A stretch of 43,226 nucleotides of DNA from a virus. Both the position numbers and the translations under genes were made by a program. This document shows positions 25,607-33,447 of the stretch, piece by piece. Location of the stretch: the IMG/VR virus record IMGVR_UViG_3300045988_173145. One strand, written 5' to 3'. The notes beneath the pieces are model-generated. The model saw nothing but the letters and a program-made list of their open reading frames with translations. It had not been told where the DNA came from and ran no database searches. How positions within the stretch are numbered: position 1 is the first letter of the stretch; the number at the start of each line of letters is the position of its first letter.

Positions 25607-25640
25607 TGGTGGCCCGTCGTCCGCGACGGGCCACCACCGT
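25607..25640 (-). terminator. 15-bp GC-rich hairpin (no U-tract) between two minus-strand genes
   Basis: ggtggtggcccgtcg (25607-25621) pairs with cgacgggccaccacc (25626-25640), with a 4-nt loop. Confidence 0.5.
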
Positions 25641-25650
25641 TATGTGTGTG

Positions 25651-25944
25651 TCAGTGGTCCAGCCACTGCTCGGCCAGGTAGGCGATGGTCTCGTCAGTCA
25701 GGGCAGAAAGTCCGTCGTGGATGAGAATGACTCCGTCGACATCGTACTGCCAGAGTCCCCAGGAGACGACGTCATCGCACACGCAAAGTCCGAGTGCCTG
25801 CCCACCGTGGGTGGTGCCTCGCTTGAGGCCGATGGTCTCGCCGGTCTCGTCCACCCAGTAGTCCGTGTCGCCCCAAGCGTTGGCGGCGGTGCCGACGGCG
25901 TAGGCGATGTCGGTGTCGGTGGTGATGTTCTCGGTGGTGGTCAT
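25651..25944 (-). CDS. Hypothetical protein (first gene of the inverted module)
   Basis: Start placed at the internal ATG 25944, preceded by GAGAGGACAAGACA. The longer 26028 start has no RBS. Confidence 0.55.
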   Translation of the reverse strand: MTTTENITTDTDIAYAVGTAANAWGDTDYWVDETGETIGLKRGTTHGGQALGLCVCDDVVSWGLWQYDVDGVILIHDGLSALTDETIAYLAEQWLDH

Positions 25945-26075
25945 TGTCTTGTCCTCTCTATCCTTGGCTGGGTGGCTTGTCCTCCCTGCCGATGACTCAA
26001 TCATGCTCTCTCGTGTATCGTGGGTCAACCCATGTAGGCGGTGGCCTATCTCACAAAACCATGTTGCACTAGGTG

Positions 26076-26105
26076 TTGACAGACACTGGACACGTGTGGT
26101 ATACG
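26076..26105 (+). promoter_or_regulatory. Sigma-70-like promoter for the lysis cassette
   Basis: TTGACA (26076-26081), an 18-nt spacer containing ACACGTGT, and the extended -10 TGgTATACG (26097-26105), about 75 nt upstream of the endolysin start. Confidence 0.45.
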
Positions 26106-26180
26106 CGCGCGCACGTACCTATATGCGCTAAAGACTCCCCCCAGGTGCTCATGATAAAATTATGACCACCGAAAACCTTT

Positions 26181-27653
26181 ATGAAAGGCGGTGCAAAATT
26201 GGCAGATTCCGTCACAGAATATGCTGCGTCGGAAATGAAATATTGGTGCACCACAGGCGACTACGGGGGCACCGGATACGCCCAGGACAACCGCTGGACC
26301 TGCTACTGGAATTCCAATGATGCCGGCTGGAAAACTGGTCCCGGCGACATGGATTGCAGTAGCGGCGTAGCGGGCGCCTACAATGTTGCATTTCACAATG
26401 TTTGGGGAACCGGTTGGGATGATCCGATCATGTTCCCGCGGACCGGCGAAACGTGGACCGAAACTCTGAATTCTTTGGCCGCGAATCGCGGTTTCATGGA
26501 TATTGGGGACACGTGGTACGGGTCCACGCCGTCGGGAGGATTCCATGTCGGCGACATGGTCCTGAAGACCACTGGAGACGGTGGACATGTCGCAATGTGC
26601 GTGCGCGAAGATGACGGTTCATTCAACGCGGGTGATCCGCTTCTCGCTGAGGCGTGGATTAACGAGAATGGTGAAATCGCGGAAGGTCAGATGGGGGACC
26701 AGACCGGCTACGAAACGCACGTAGTCCGGTACAGTAGTCACCCGATGACTGTCGCGGCCTCGTGGTCCACGTGCATCCGTTTCGGAAAGCGGACCGATTC
26801 CGATAATGGGCACGAGTCCGCGGGTTCGTACCGCCTTTCTTCTATTCAGGAGGCTGTTCTCAGGGCCGCCGATGCAGAGAATTGCCCGTGGTGGGCTGCC
26901 CTGGCGTGCCTGTGGATGGAGACCGGCGAGCGCGGCGCTAACATTTACGGGCACGACGCCGGGGGCGCCGGCCCGCACGGCGAGGAAGTAACCGAGGAGA
27001 ATTTCCGCGAATTCCTTGCGGCAATTCGAGACGGCGAAAACTCGAACGGTGTCGGTCCGTTGCAGATTACGTATCCGGGCTATTTCTTTGATGACCCGGA
27101 TCGTGAATGGTGGATGCCGGAAAAGTCGGCTGAAGTCGGCTGCCGTATTCTTCGCGATCTTATTAACGCAGAAGGCGATTCCTATGAGGCTTTGAAGCGT
27201 GTCGGGTCGCGGTATAATTCAGGGAATCCGTATGACGCGTATGAGTCTTATGGGATTCTTTTCAGTAATCGTTGCAAGTCTTGGTATGATTATGGTCGCC
27301 CTTCTGGTGGCGCCGGAGAGGATTTTTGGGATATGAGTGAGGGCGTTGATCTGCTCAGGGAGATTCGCGATCTTTTCCGTAGTGGAAAGGCGGGCGATCA
27401 TTTCGCTGGCGACATGAACTGGTACGCCAAGGCCACCTATGAGGAGGTTAAGTCTATTCACGCGTCTGTGGATCAGATTCTGCATTCTGTGACTCCGGGT
27501 CAGGAGAACGTGCGTGAGGCGGGCGCGATTTATGGTGCCGTGAACGAAATTCGCAAGGCCGTGTCGACGCCGTCGTCTTTGCAGGCGCACGATGGTGTCG
27601 CAGAGTCTCCCACACCGGAGTCTCCTGCCCCGGCTCCGGAGCAGAATTCCTGA
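26181..27653 (+). CDS. Endolysin: N-terminal Cys-His peptidase (CHAP/NlpC-like) plus a lytic transglycosylase-like domain
   Basis: DCSSGVAG ... GDGGHVAMCV is the Cys/His pair. LWMETGERGANIYGHD ... GVGPLQITYPGYF is transglycosylase-like. Exact start is uncertain. Confidence 0.7.
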   Translation: MKGGAKLADSVTEYAASEMKYWCTTGDYGGTGYAQDNRWTCYWNSNDAGWKTGPGDMDCSSGVAGAYNVAFHNVWGTGWDDPIMFPRTGETWTETLNSLAANRGFMDIGDTWYGSTPSGGFHVGDMVLKTTGDGGHVAMCVREDDGSFNAGDPLLAEAWINENGEIAEGQMGDQTGYETHVVRYSSHPMTVAASWSTCIRFGKRTDSDNGHESAGSYRLSSIQEAVLRAADAENCPWWAALACLWMETGERGANIYGHDAGGAGPHGEEVTEENFREFLAAIRDGENSNGVGPLQITYPGYFFDDPDREWWMPEKSAEVGCRILRDLINAEGDSYEALKRVGSRYNSGNPYDAYESYGILFSNRCKSWYDYGRPSGGAGEDFWDMSEGVDLLREIRDLFRSGKAGDHFAGDMNWYAKATYEEVKSIHASVDQILHSVTPGQENVREAGAIYGAVNEIRKAVSTPSSLQAHDGVAESPTPESPAPAPEQNS

Positions 27654-27780
27654 CACAGAATATTGGTATTTATTGTGGCCTGTTCACTCACTATTATGCT
27701 GAGTGTCGTTCCACGATAGATGCGACATGCGGGGAGCTTCGCTCTCTTCCCTCCCCGTAGCCTCCTGTGGCAGTGGTAGA

Positions 27781-27830
27781 GCAAGTCTCCGGACGGTCAA
27801 TGAAAGATCGTCCGGAGACTTGCTTTTTGT
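27781..27830 (+). terminator. Intrinsic terminator after the endolysin gene
   Basis: gcaagtctccggacg (27781-27795) pairs with cgtccggagacttgc (27809-27823) and is followed by TTTTTGT. Confidence 0.8.
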
Positions 27831-27996
27831 GTGCTATACTTCCCTACGTACCGCTCATATTGGTTAATACACAAATATTTTCCTACGCGTTCCGACGGTG
27901 CAATAAGAGAATACTATCGCCCTCATGTTTTCCTACACACATTAACCCGACATGTTCTAGGAATCGGCGTGAGGGCGATAGTATACAATCCATCCA

Positions 27997-28227
27997 ATGA
28001 AAGTGAAAATTAGAGTGACTAAGTCGCTTTATGTTGCTACTATTTTTGCGGCCGTCATGGTGACGGCAAACACCGGGCTCATGGTGTATGAAGATTACAC
28101 CAACGGCACTATGAATGTGACTCGCGATTCTTTATGGTGTGTTGGTGCGATTATTCTTTGGGCCAGCGTGCGCACTGTCCGGTTCATGCGGACTGTCGGC
28201 TATCATCCGGGATTCCATAGAAAGTAA
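27997..28227 (+). CDS. Small two-TM membrane protein in a moron-like insert (holin, antiholin or exclusion candidate)
   Basis: 76 aa with two hydrophobic segments (LYVATIFAAVMVTANTGLMV, LWCVGAIILWASV). Bracketed by terminator hairpins in AT-richer DNA. No clear RBS. Confidence 0.45.
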   Translation: MKVKIRVTKSLYVATIFAAVMVTANTGLMVYEDYTNGTMNVTRDSLWCVGAIILWASVRTVRFMRTVGYHPGFHRK

Positions 28228-28234
28228 CTAAAAC

Positions 28235-28281
28235 ATAACATTCCCCGCCTAGCAATGATGACGTTAGGCGGGGAATGTTAT
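28235..28281 (+). terminator. 17-bp perfect hairpin with AACATTCCCC / GGGGAATGTT arms
   Basis: ataacattccccgccta (28235-28251) pairs with taggcggggaatgttat (28265-28281), with a 13-nt loop. Confidence 0.65.
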
Positions 28282-28337
28282 ATAATTCCTATTGCAGCCC
28301 TGCAACAGCAATCACGATAGAGGACATTAGATATACG

Positions 28338-28706
28338 ATGCTCAATTTCCTGAACGATGTCCTCTCCGACGCCACCCTAGTAGCCCTAGCCGCCCTCACT
28401 GGCACAATATTCTCGAACGTTACGCAACGCAAAAACGCGAGAGACCAGGAACAAATCTCAATCCTGGACATTACCGTCCGCTCTCTTTCCGAGAGAGTGA
28501 CTGCCCTGGAGGCCAGTCTTGCGGCCGCCGAAAGAGCTGCAGACCTGGCAGAGGACGGCCGCCGTCGGGCTGAAGTGAAGTGGTGGGAGGCCGTTTCTTT
28601 TGCGCATACCGTTCTCGATTGGGGTAGGTCCCTGAAAATTCTGATACCATCTGATAAAGAGGACTCAATCCCTACTGAGCCTCAAATTCCGGATTCCATG
28701 AGGTGA
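28338..28706 (+). CDS. Membrane-anchored coiled-coil protein of the lysis cassette
   Basis: ATG 28338 is chosen downstream of the hairpin. N-terminal TM segment (ATLVALAALTGTIF), then a coiled coil (VRSLSERVTALEASLAAAERAADLAEDGRRRAE). Confidence 0.55.
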   Translation: MLNFLNDVLSDATLVALAALTGTIFSNVTQRKNARDQEQISILDITVRSLSERVTALEASLAAAERAADLAEDGRRRAEVKWWEAVSFAHTVLDWGRSLKILIPSDKEDSIPTEPQIPDSMR

Positions 28707-28715
28707 TTCATAAAT

Positions 28716-28952
28716 ATGTTTACTCCTGAGGTCCGCAAGGCCCTTTATGCCCTGCTCACCGCTGTTCTCGGTGTTTTCGCCGCTTTCAATGTTATTTCCG
28801 CCGATCAGGCGTCTCAGTACGCTGACGCTGCTACCCAGATTGTTGGTGCTCTGACTCTGGCGCTGGCCACGTATCACACTCGCCCCGGCGCGGCCGCTGG
28901 CCGTCACGTCGCCGGTGAGGGTGAGGCTGCCAACGAGGACAAGGTCGCCTGA
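28716..28952 (+). CDS. Holin-like two-TM protein
   Basis: 78 aa with TM segments ALYALLTAVLGVFAAFNVI and AATQIVGALTLALATY and a charged C-terminus. It is the last gene of the lysis cassette. Confidence 0.55.
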   Translation: MFTPEVRKALYALLTAVLGVFAAFNVISADQASQYADAATQIVGALTLALATYHTRPGAAAGRHVAGEGEAANEDKVA

Positions 28953-28966
28953 CCTCCGTCATTCAT

Positions 28967-29014
28967 AAACATTACTGCCCCCTACCGGATAGTCGGCAGG
29001 GGGCAGTAATGTTT
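28967..29014. terminator. Bidirectional hairpin terminator at the second convergent junction
   Basis: aaacattactgccccct (28967-28983) pairs with agggggcagtaatgttt (28998-29014), a 17-bp perfect stem. Confidence 0.8.
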
Positions 29015-29025
29015 CACGTGAAACA
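29010..29025. repeat. 16-bp perfect palindrome TGTTTCACGTGAAACA (copy 2)
   Basis: Self-complementary. It overlaps the 3' arm of the 28967-29014 hairpin. Confidence 0.95.
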
Positions 29026-29032
29026 CGGGGGC

Positions 29033-29050
29033 ATGTTTCACGTGAAACAT
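29033..29050. repeat. 18-bp perfect palindrome ATGTTTCACGTGAAACAT (copy 3)
   Basis: Self-complementary. It lies 8 nt after copy 2 and abuts the stop of the RuvC-like gene. Confidence 0.95.
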
Positions 29051-29536
29051 TCATCTCCGTTCCACGTCGTCTCCGATGATGCGGGCGATCACGTTCTCGT
29101 CGTGGCGTTTAGTGACTGCCCACAGGAAAAGATGGCGTCCCGCGTCACGTGCGTCGTCCGCATCGGGCTGACCCACGTCAGTTCCTGTAGGCCAAAAATT
29201 GAGAGACTTCAAAACATGGTCTGGCATGGTAGTTTTTGCCATTGCGGGAGTCTGCCATACGATGTCCCCGATCTCCCATTCCAGTACGGAGTTGATTTTT
29301 ACTGGGGTGAGGTCTGCGAGAAAATTGTTGCTAGGTCGAAGATCGAACTGCTCGCACACGACAATATCTGGGGCGAATTCGTTTCGTGTGGCCAGAATGT
29401 CATAGACGCTGGCCGTCCAATGCTCATACTTGAATTGTTGGACGTGGATGATTGAGAATTCGCGGTCGTCGTGGAAGTCTCCGATGACGATTCCTGTTGA
29501 TTTGCCGGGGTCGACGGCCATTACCCGCTGCATCAC
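29051..29536 (-). CDS. RuvC-like Holliday junction resolvase
   Basis: VMAVDPGKSTGIV (first catalytic Asp), VVCEQF (Glu) and PDADDARDAGRH (C-terminal Asp pair) give a RuvC-fold pattern. Confidence 0.7.
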   Translation of the reverse strand: MMQRVMAVDPGKSTGIVIGDFHDDREFSIIHVQQFKYEHWTASVYDILATRNEFAPDIVVCEQFDLRPSNNFLADLTPVKINSVLEWEIGDIVWQTPAMAKTTMPDHVLKSLNFWPTGTDVGQPDADDARDAGRHLFLWAVTKRHDENVIARIIGDDVERR

Positions 29537-30582
29537 GCCTTTCCGCCTTTCTTCCGCAGATTACGTCGCGACTTGTTCACGGTAGCAATATTTTTCACCA
29601 TGTCCGAACGCACTCCGTCTACCTTGAGCCACAGCGTATCCGGCGCCATCGGCTTACCGCGACCCTTTTTCAGAGTCCACGGCGTGTCCGGGTCGTCCGG
29701 GAAAGGCAGATTCTTATAACACCATATCGCACAATCCTGCGGGGAATCGAAATGGAAGTCCTCTTTTGGAATGTATCTTTTCAGGTCATAAATGCGTCGC
29801 ATGAGTGAAGGGGTGAGCCATTTCGGTAGTTCCTTGTACATGCGAAGCGATGAGCTAGTGCACGGGCAATTCACAGGTTCGCCGCCGCTGAAACGCGAGA
29901 CACGAATCCACTTCGCTTCCCCGCAATTCACGCAACGCATATGAAAATACTTATGGTGATCACTCATGAATCTGTACTCAGGGGACGTGACTTCCCACTG
30001 TCGAAAGCGGCGTCCCACCATTTCCGGCTCCTCCCCGGTCAAGTTTTTGTTCACCGGCTTGACCGGATGGAGAATGCGGCGTTCGCGACCTTTCTTTCTT
30101 GTCTTGGTGCGTATGATAGAGATTTCACCGGGGCGAAATACCCCGTTCTCGGTCGCGAATTCCCATTCGAATACAACCGATGGGTTGAATTCTTTGTAGC
30201 ACCATTCGATAGCTGACGTCATGCCGTCGAACTCGAAATTGTCTACACCGTTCTCCTCTCGCCATGCCCAAATATTGAGGCGAATGTCGTTGTAGGAGCG
30301 GCTCGGCATGAGCGTCTCGTTTGCTTTGCGATGGTAGCGCAAATACGGCATATCCGGTGTGTGATCCAATGCCACGTCGAGGTTGCATGGGGCGATCGGC
30401 TTGGTAATGTCAGGGCGCACGAAACGCCACTTCTTGTCCTCGGGGACCTCCAAGTAGGTGAAGCACCATTCCAGGGCGTCATCCACGGACGGGAAAAGGA
30501 ACTCCCCGCTGGGGACGCTTGTTTGAAGTCGTTCCAGCCTGTTAGCGGCTAGCCTGTACAGTTTGTATGATGGTTGCATCAT
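29533..30582 (-). CDS. Hypothetical protein with three internal repeats and a zinc-ribbon-like CxxC...CPC motif
   Basis: Repeats FPSVDDALEWCFTYL, FDGMTSAIEWCYKEF and FDSPQDCAIWCYKNL, plus CVNCGEAKWIRVSRFSGGEPVNCPC. Start ATG 30582 follows GAGAAGAGAGAAAAC. Confidence 0.6.
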   Translation of the reverse strand: MMQPSYKLYRLAANRLERLQTSVPSGEFLFPSVDDALEWCFTYLEVPEDKKWRFVRPDITKPIAPCNLDVALDHTPDMPYLRYHRKANETLMPSRSYNDIRLNIWAWREENGVDNFEFDGMTSAIEWCYKEFNPSVVFEWEFATENGVFRPGEISIIRTKTRKKGRERRILHPVKPVNKNLTGEEPEMVGRRFRQWEVTSPEYRFMSDHHKYFHMRCVNCGEAKWIRVSRFSGGEPVNCPCTSSSLRMYKELPKWLTPSLMRRIYDLKRYIPKEDFHFDSPQDCAIWCYKNLPFPDDPDTPWTLKKGRGKPMAPDTLWLKVDGVRSDMVKNIATVNKSRRNLRKKGGKA

Positions 30583-30610
30583 TCGTGTTTTCTCTCTTCT
30601 CTTATTTGGT

Positions 30611-30650
30611 TGAATAGCGGGGGCAACACTCACGTTGCCCCCGCTATTCA
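30611..30650 (-). terminator. 17-bp perfect GC-rich hairpin between two early genes (no U-tract)
   Basis: tgaatagcgggggcaac (30611-30627) pairs with gttgcccccgctattca (30634-30650), with a 6-nt loop. Confidence 0.5.
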
Positions 30651-30669
30651 AATCATGCGACCATGTGTG

Positions 30670-31260
30670 TCAGAAAACTACCGGTGATGAGGTCGCAGTA
30701 TTCTTCTTGGCCTCGAAATCAATGGAAGAAATCTCTGCTCTCGGAGGCCAGAAAGCGGGCTTCGGGGCGCCGTCCTCACCGAGGACCGTGACACCGTTCT
30801 CGTCCTGCTCGTATGCGGGGCGACCGTAATCGTCCAAACGGGGGCGCGGCTTGCTCATCCTTGTCACCAATGTTGCGTGAGCGCCCTCCAAATTCTCGCA
30901 CACGCGTTTCACGGTAGTATCGATCTTCTGCGGCGAGAGAAGATCGGCCCGCTCCCTCGCATCGGCCGGCCACAGACCAGCGGCACTGAAATACTTCGGA
31001 ATATTGAAGTGGATAAAAGTCTTTCCATTCTTGTTGATAGTGAAGACAGTGCGGTCGGTGAGGGCCTTTCCGGCGTCCTCGTCGTCGCCGTCGATCATCC
31101 AATCGGTGACAAGCATAGGCCGCCCATTCTTGGACGTAGTCATTTCGGCTTTAGTGATGAATGCTGAGTGCTTTCCGGGCTTGGGCGGCTCGAAATTGCC
31201 ACCGCCGGTAGCGACTTCCAGGGATGAGAGGTCGGTGCCGAAGTTGAAGCCAGTTGCCAT
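30670..31260 (-). CDS. DUF669-like protein (putative ssDNA-binding partner of Sak4)
   Basis: MATGFNFGTDLSSLEVATGGGNFEPPKPGKHSAFITKAEMTTSKNGRPML fits the DUF669 N-terminal pattern and lies next to the Sak4-like ATPase. ATG 31260 follows AGGAG. Confidence 0.55.
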   Translation of the reverse strand: MATGFNFGTDLSSLEVATGGGNFEPPKPGKHSAFITKAEMTTSKNGRPMLVTDWMIDGDDEDAGKALTDRTVFTINKNGKTFIHFNIPKYFSAAGLWPADARERADLLSPQKIDTTVKRVCENLEGAHATLVTRMSKPRPRLDDYGRPAYEQDENGVTVLGEDGAPKPAFWPPRAEISSIDFEAKKNTATSSPVVF

Positions 31261-31303
31261 AATTATTGTGCTCCTATGAGATGGTGGTAAAGAATTGCGG
31301 CGG

Positions 31304-31417
31304 TCAGTTCTCGCCGTCGGTGGGCTTGCTGCGGAGTGCTTCCCTGACAGCGTCGGCGGCGATAGCGAGAGTCTCGGCGGAGACGCCACGGTCAGCGGTA
31401 ACAGTAATCTTAGCCAT
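31304..31417 (-). CDS. Possible 37-aa micro-protein
   Basis: MAKITVTADRGVSAETLAIAADAVREALRSKPTDGEN is preceded by GGAAGAGAGAAAAC and fills the gap between the Sak4 and DUF669 genes. It is below the ORF-track size cutoff. Confidence 0.35.
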   Translation of the reverse strand: MAKITVTADRGVSAETLAIAADAVREALRSKPTDGEN

Positions 31418-31447
31418 AATAGTTTTCTCTCTTCCTATGTGTTTTGG

Positions 31448-32200
31448 TTAGTGGCTAGTGATGTAATTGTGAATCTTGGTCATGCTCGGATTCCCCATTG
31501 CTGGCGGGAACCCGCGCGTCTGTTGCTTTGTCACAACGTTCGGTTTGCGAGTGTACAGTACTGGCACGGTGATTTCTTCTCCGTCTCCATTGTCCACGTT
31601 CGCCCATTCCATGTAGCCGACGAAATTGAACAGGGCGGGGATGCGCTGTCCAGATTTTTGCCCTTCAAAGGATGGGGCAATGAAGACTTCCCCAGTGACC
31701 TCGCTGCTCTCGCGTGCGGAATGCGTGATAGCAATGAATGAAATGTCGGGGGCGTCCAGGAATACGCTGATCGCCTTCAACAGGGAGTCGTATACTGCCC
31801 GCCATTTCGTCCACGTATCATTCGACACAGTCTCATAATGAGAGAGGATGAGTTCCTGACACTTATCCAACGTGTCGAACACTACTGTCTTGTAGGGGAA
31901 TTCTGCAAGATTGCGTGCAATATTGTCGCAAAGATTGGCGCAATCAACCCACTTGTCGCAATGTACGACAGTAATGTTTGCAGGGTTCCCCCAATCCCGT
32001 ACTGGGAGTGTGCCGGATTCGAAATCAACGTACAGGACGGGCGACATATCGTCCACCTGTGATGCTGTGGCTGCGAGCGAAGTTTTACCAACGCCGCTCA
32101 CACCATGAATAAGCATGTTGAAATGGTTATTCTGCTCCGGGTTTACGACCGTCATTCCAAGACGGGCAAGAGTGTCCTCGAAAGTCATGATATGTTTCAC
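31448..32200 (-). CDS. Sak4-like RecA-family AAA ATPase
   Basis: Walker A MLIHGVSGVGKTSLA and Walker B-like VVFDTLD. The alternative ATG at 32188 is better spaced from AGGAGG than GTG 32200. Confidence 0.7.
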   Translation of the reverse strand: MKHIMTFEDTLARLGMTVVNPEQNNHFNMLIHGVSGVGKTSLAATASQVDDMSPVLYVDFESGTLPVRDWGNPANITVVHCDKWVDCANLCDNIARNLAEFPYKTVVFDTLDKCQELILSHYETVSNDTWTKWRAVYDSLLKAISVFLDAPDISFIAITHSARESSEVTGEVFIAPSFEGQKSGQRIPALFNFVGYMEWANVDNGDGEEITVPVLYTRKPNVVTKQQTRGFPPAMGNPSMTKIHNYITSH

Positions 32201-32203
32201 CTC

Positions 32204-32953
32204 CTAACCGTTCATATTGTAGTTTTTGAATGCTTCCGTGTGGCGCTCATGCGAGCAGTACCAACATAAAGGAGACGATTGGAGGTTGTCAACCCTACCG
32301 TCATGTGACCTCGCTCTCTCCCAAATGTTTTGGAGTCTCCCTATGGCCGCGAGCGCAACGTCCTGCCGCCACGGAAAAGAAAACTCGCAAATACTGTCCG
32401 GCACAACCTCTACACTGCAGTCCCTTGGGAGGGCAACAATGGAACAGTGGGCCACGTCGTAGCCGAGTTGCGTGAGACCATACCCGTATAGCATGATCTG
32501 AATATAGTATTTACGAAACTGACTCCCCGCCGCCGTATCAGCGAATCGCGGTAGACCATCATCCCATTTAACACTTTTCCGGAATGCGGAAATCTTTTTC
32601 CGTGAGAGCAGCTTCCAGTCTAGGACCGTCGCCGCCGCAATATCGAAACGATCCACACTCCCAGAAATACGCCCATAGTCTTCAAGATCGCATACATCTA
32701 CTCTCTGCTCCACTAGAACGTTCGGTTCGTTTTTTGTGCGTGATTCCGCGTAGGCGTGAAATGCGGTGCCCAGGAACGGTGCCAGCGGCGTGCCCGCATT
32801 TTCCGTATCGTGCGGGATGTCGAGGAGTTTGTCAGCGATACACCGTTCGCAATCGTCTCCGATTTCGCTTACGCCGATACGTGTTTGTTTGTCGCGTTCG
32901 GTTGGGGCGAAAACATTACTGATCGCTGTTGCGGCGGCCGGGCTCAAATTCAA
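32204..32953 (-). CDS. PD-(D/E)XK (Cas4/RecB-like) exonuclease
   Basis: N-terminal GDDCERC, GSVDRFDIAAATVLDWKL (D...D-x-K) and a C-terminal Cys cluster SSPLCWYCSHERH. The TTG start at 32953 after AGGAAGGAGAG is inferred; the ORF is open up to 33091. Confidence 0.6.
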   Translation of the reverse strand: MNLSPAAATAISNVFAPTERDKQTRIGVSEIGDDCERCIADKLLDIPHDTENAGTPLAPFLGTAFHAYAESRTKNEPNVLVEQRVDVCDLEDYGRISGSVDRFDIAAATVLDWKLLSRKKISAFRKSVKWDDGLPRFADTAAGSQFRKYYIQIMLYGYGLTQLGYDVAHCSIVALPRDCSVEVVPDSICEFSFPWRQDVALAAIGRLQNIWERARSHDGRVDNLQSSPLCWYCSHERHTEAFKNYNMNG

Positions 32954-33182
32954 ATTTCTCTCCTTCCTGAATTGCGGCGATAGCGGCGAGCCTGACGTCA
33001 CGGTGAACCTCAATGTCTCCGCTCGCGATATCTTCAATGAAGAATAGTCTTGCGTCGCCGGCCGGCATGATTTCGTAGACCGTACCGTCAATCTCTTCGG
33101 CGCGCATTGCGGCTTGTTCGAGATTCGAGTAGACCCGGTAGTCGCCTTTCTGCGACGATTCCCATACTAGATAGACGCCCAT
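32916..33182 (-). CDS. Hypothetical protein
   Basis: 88 aa. RBS AAGGAAGAGAGAG upstream of ATG 33182. Confidence 0.55.
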   Translation of the reverse strand: MGVYLVWESSQKGDYRVYSNLEQAAMRAEEIDGTVYEIMPAGDARLFFIEDIASGDIEVHRDVRLAAIAAIQEGEKFEFEPGRRNSDQ

Positions 33183-33228
33183 TAGTGTTTTTGCTCTCTC
33201 TTCCTTAAGTGTTGATTAATGGTGTGTG

Positions 33229-33447
33229 TTATTCGATAATGGTTGCTGTGAGGCCGGCTCGCTCCTCGATTGCCGTGGAAATGACGGCCGCATAGCATTG
33301 GATCCGCCAGATGTTCTCCGATCGAATGTTGGGTACGTGTAGTTGCATTGTTTTGACGCCGAACTGTGTTGGCCATTTCAGGATGATTGTGCGGCCGGCG
33401 ATTTCGTCAATCGTGGTGGCCTGTGTGATGCGCATAATGTTTTTCAC
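33229..33447 (-). CDS. Hypothetical protein
   Basis: 72 aa. Start is GTG 33447 (GTGA overlap) or ATG 33435, downstream of AGAGGAGAGG. Confidence 0.5.
   Translation of the reverse strand: MKNIMRITQATTIDEIAGRTIILKWPTQFGVKTMQLHVPNIRSENIWRIQCYAAVISTAIEERAGLTATIIE

Noticed and set aside
27750-27830. tRNA-like string gtggcagtggtagagcaag upstream of a stem.
   Set aside because: The D-stem does not pair (tggc versus gagc), there is no T-loop (GTTCGAAT-like) and no acceptor stem. The 15-bp stem plus T-run is a plain intrinsic terminator.
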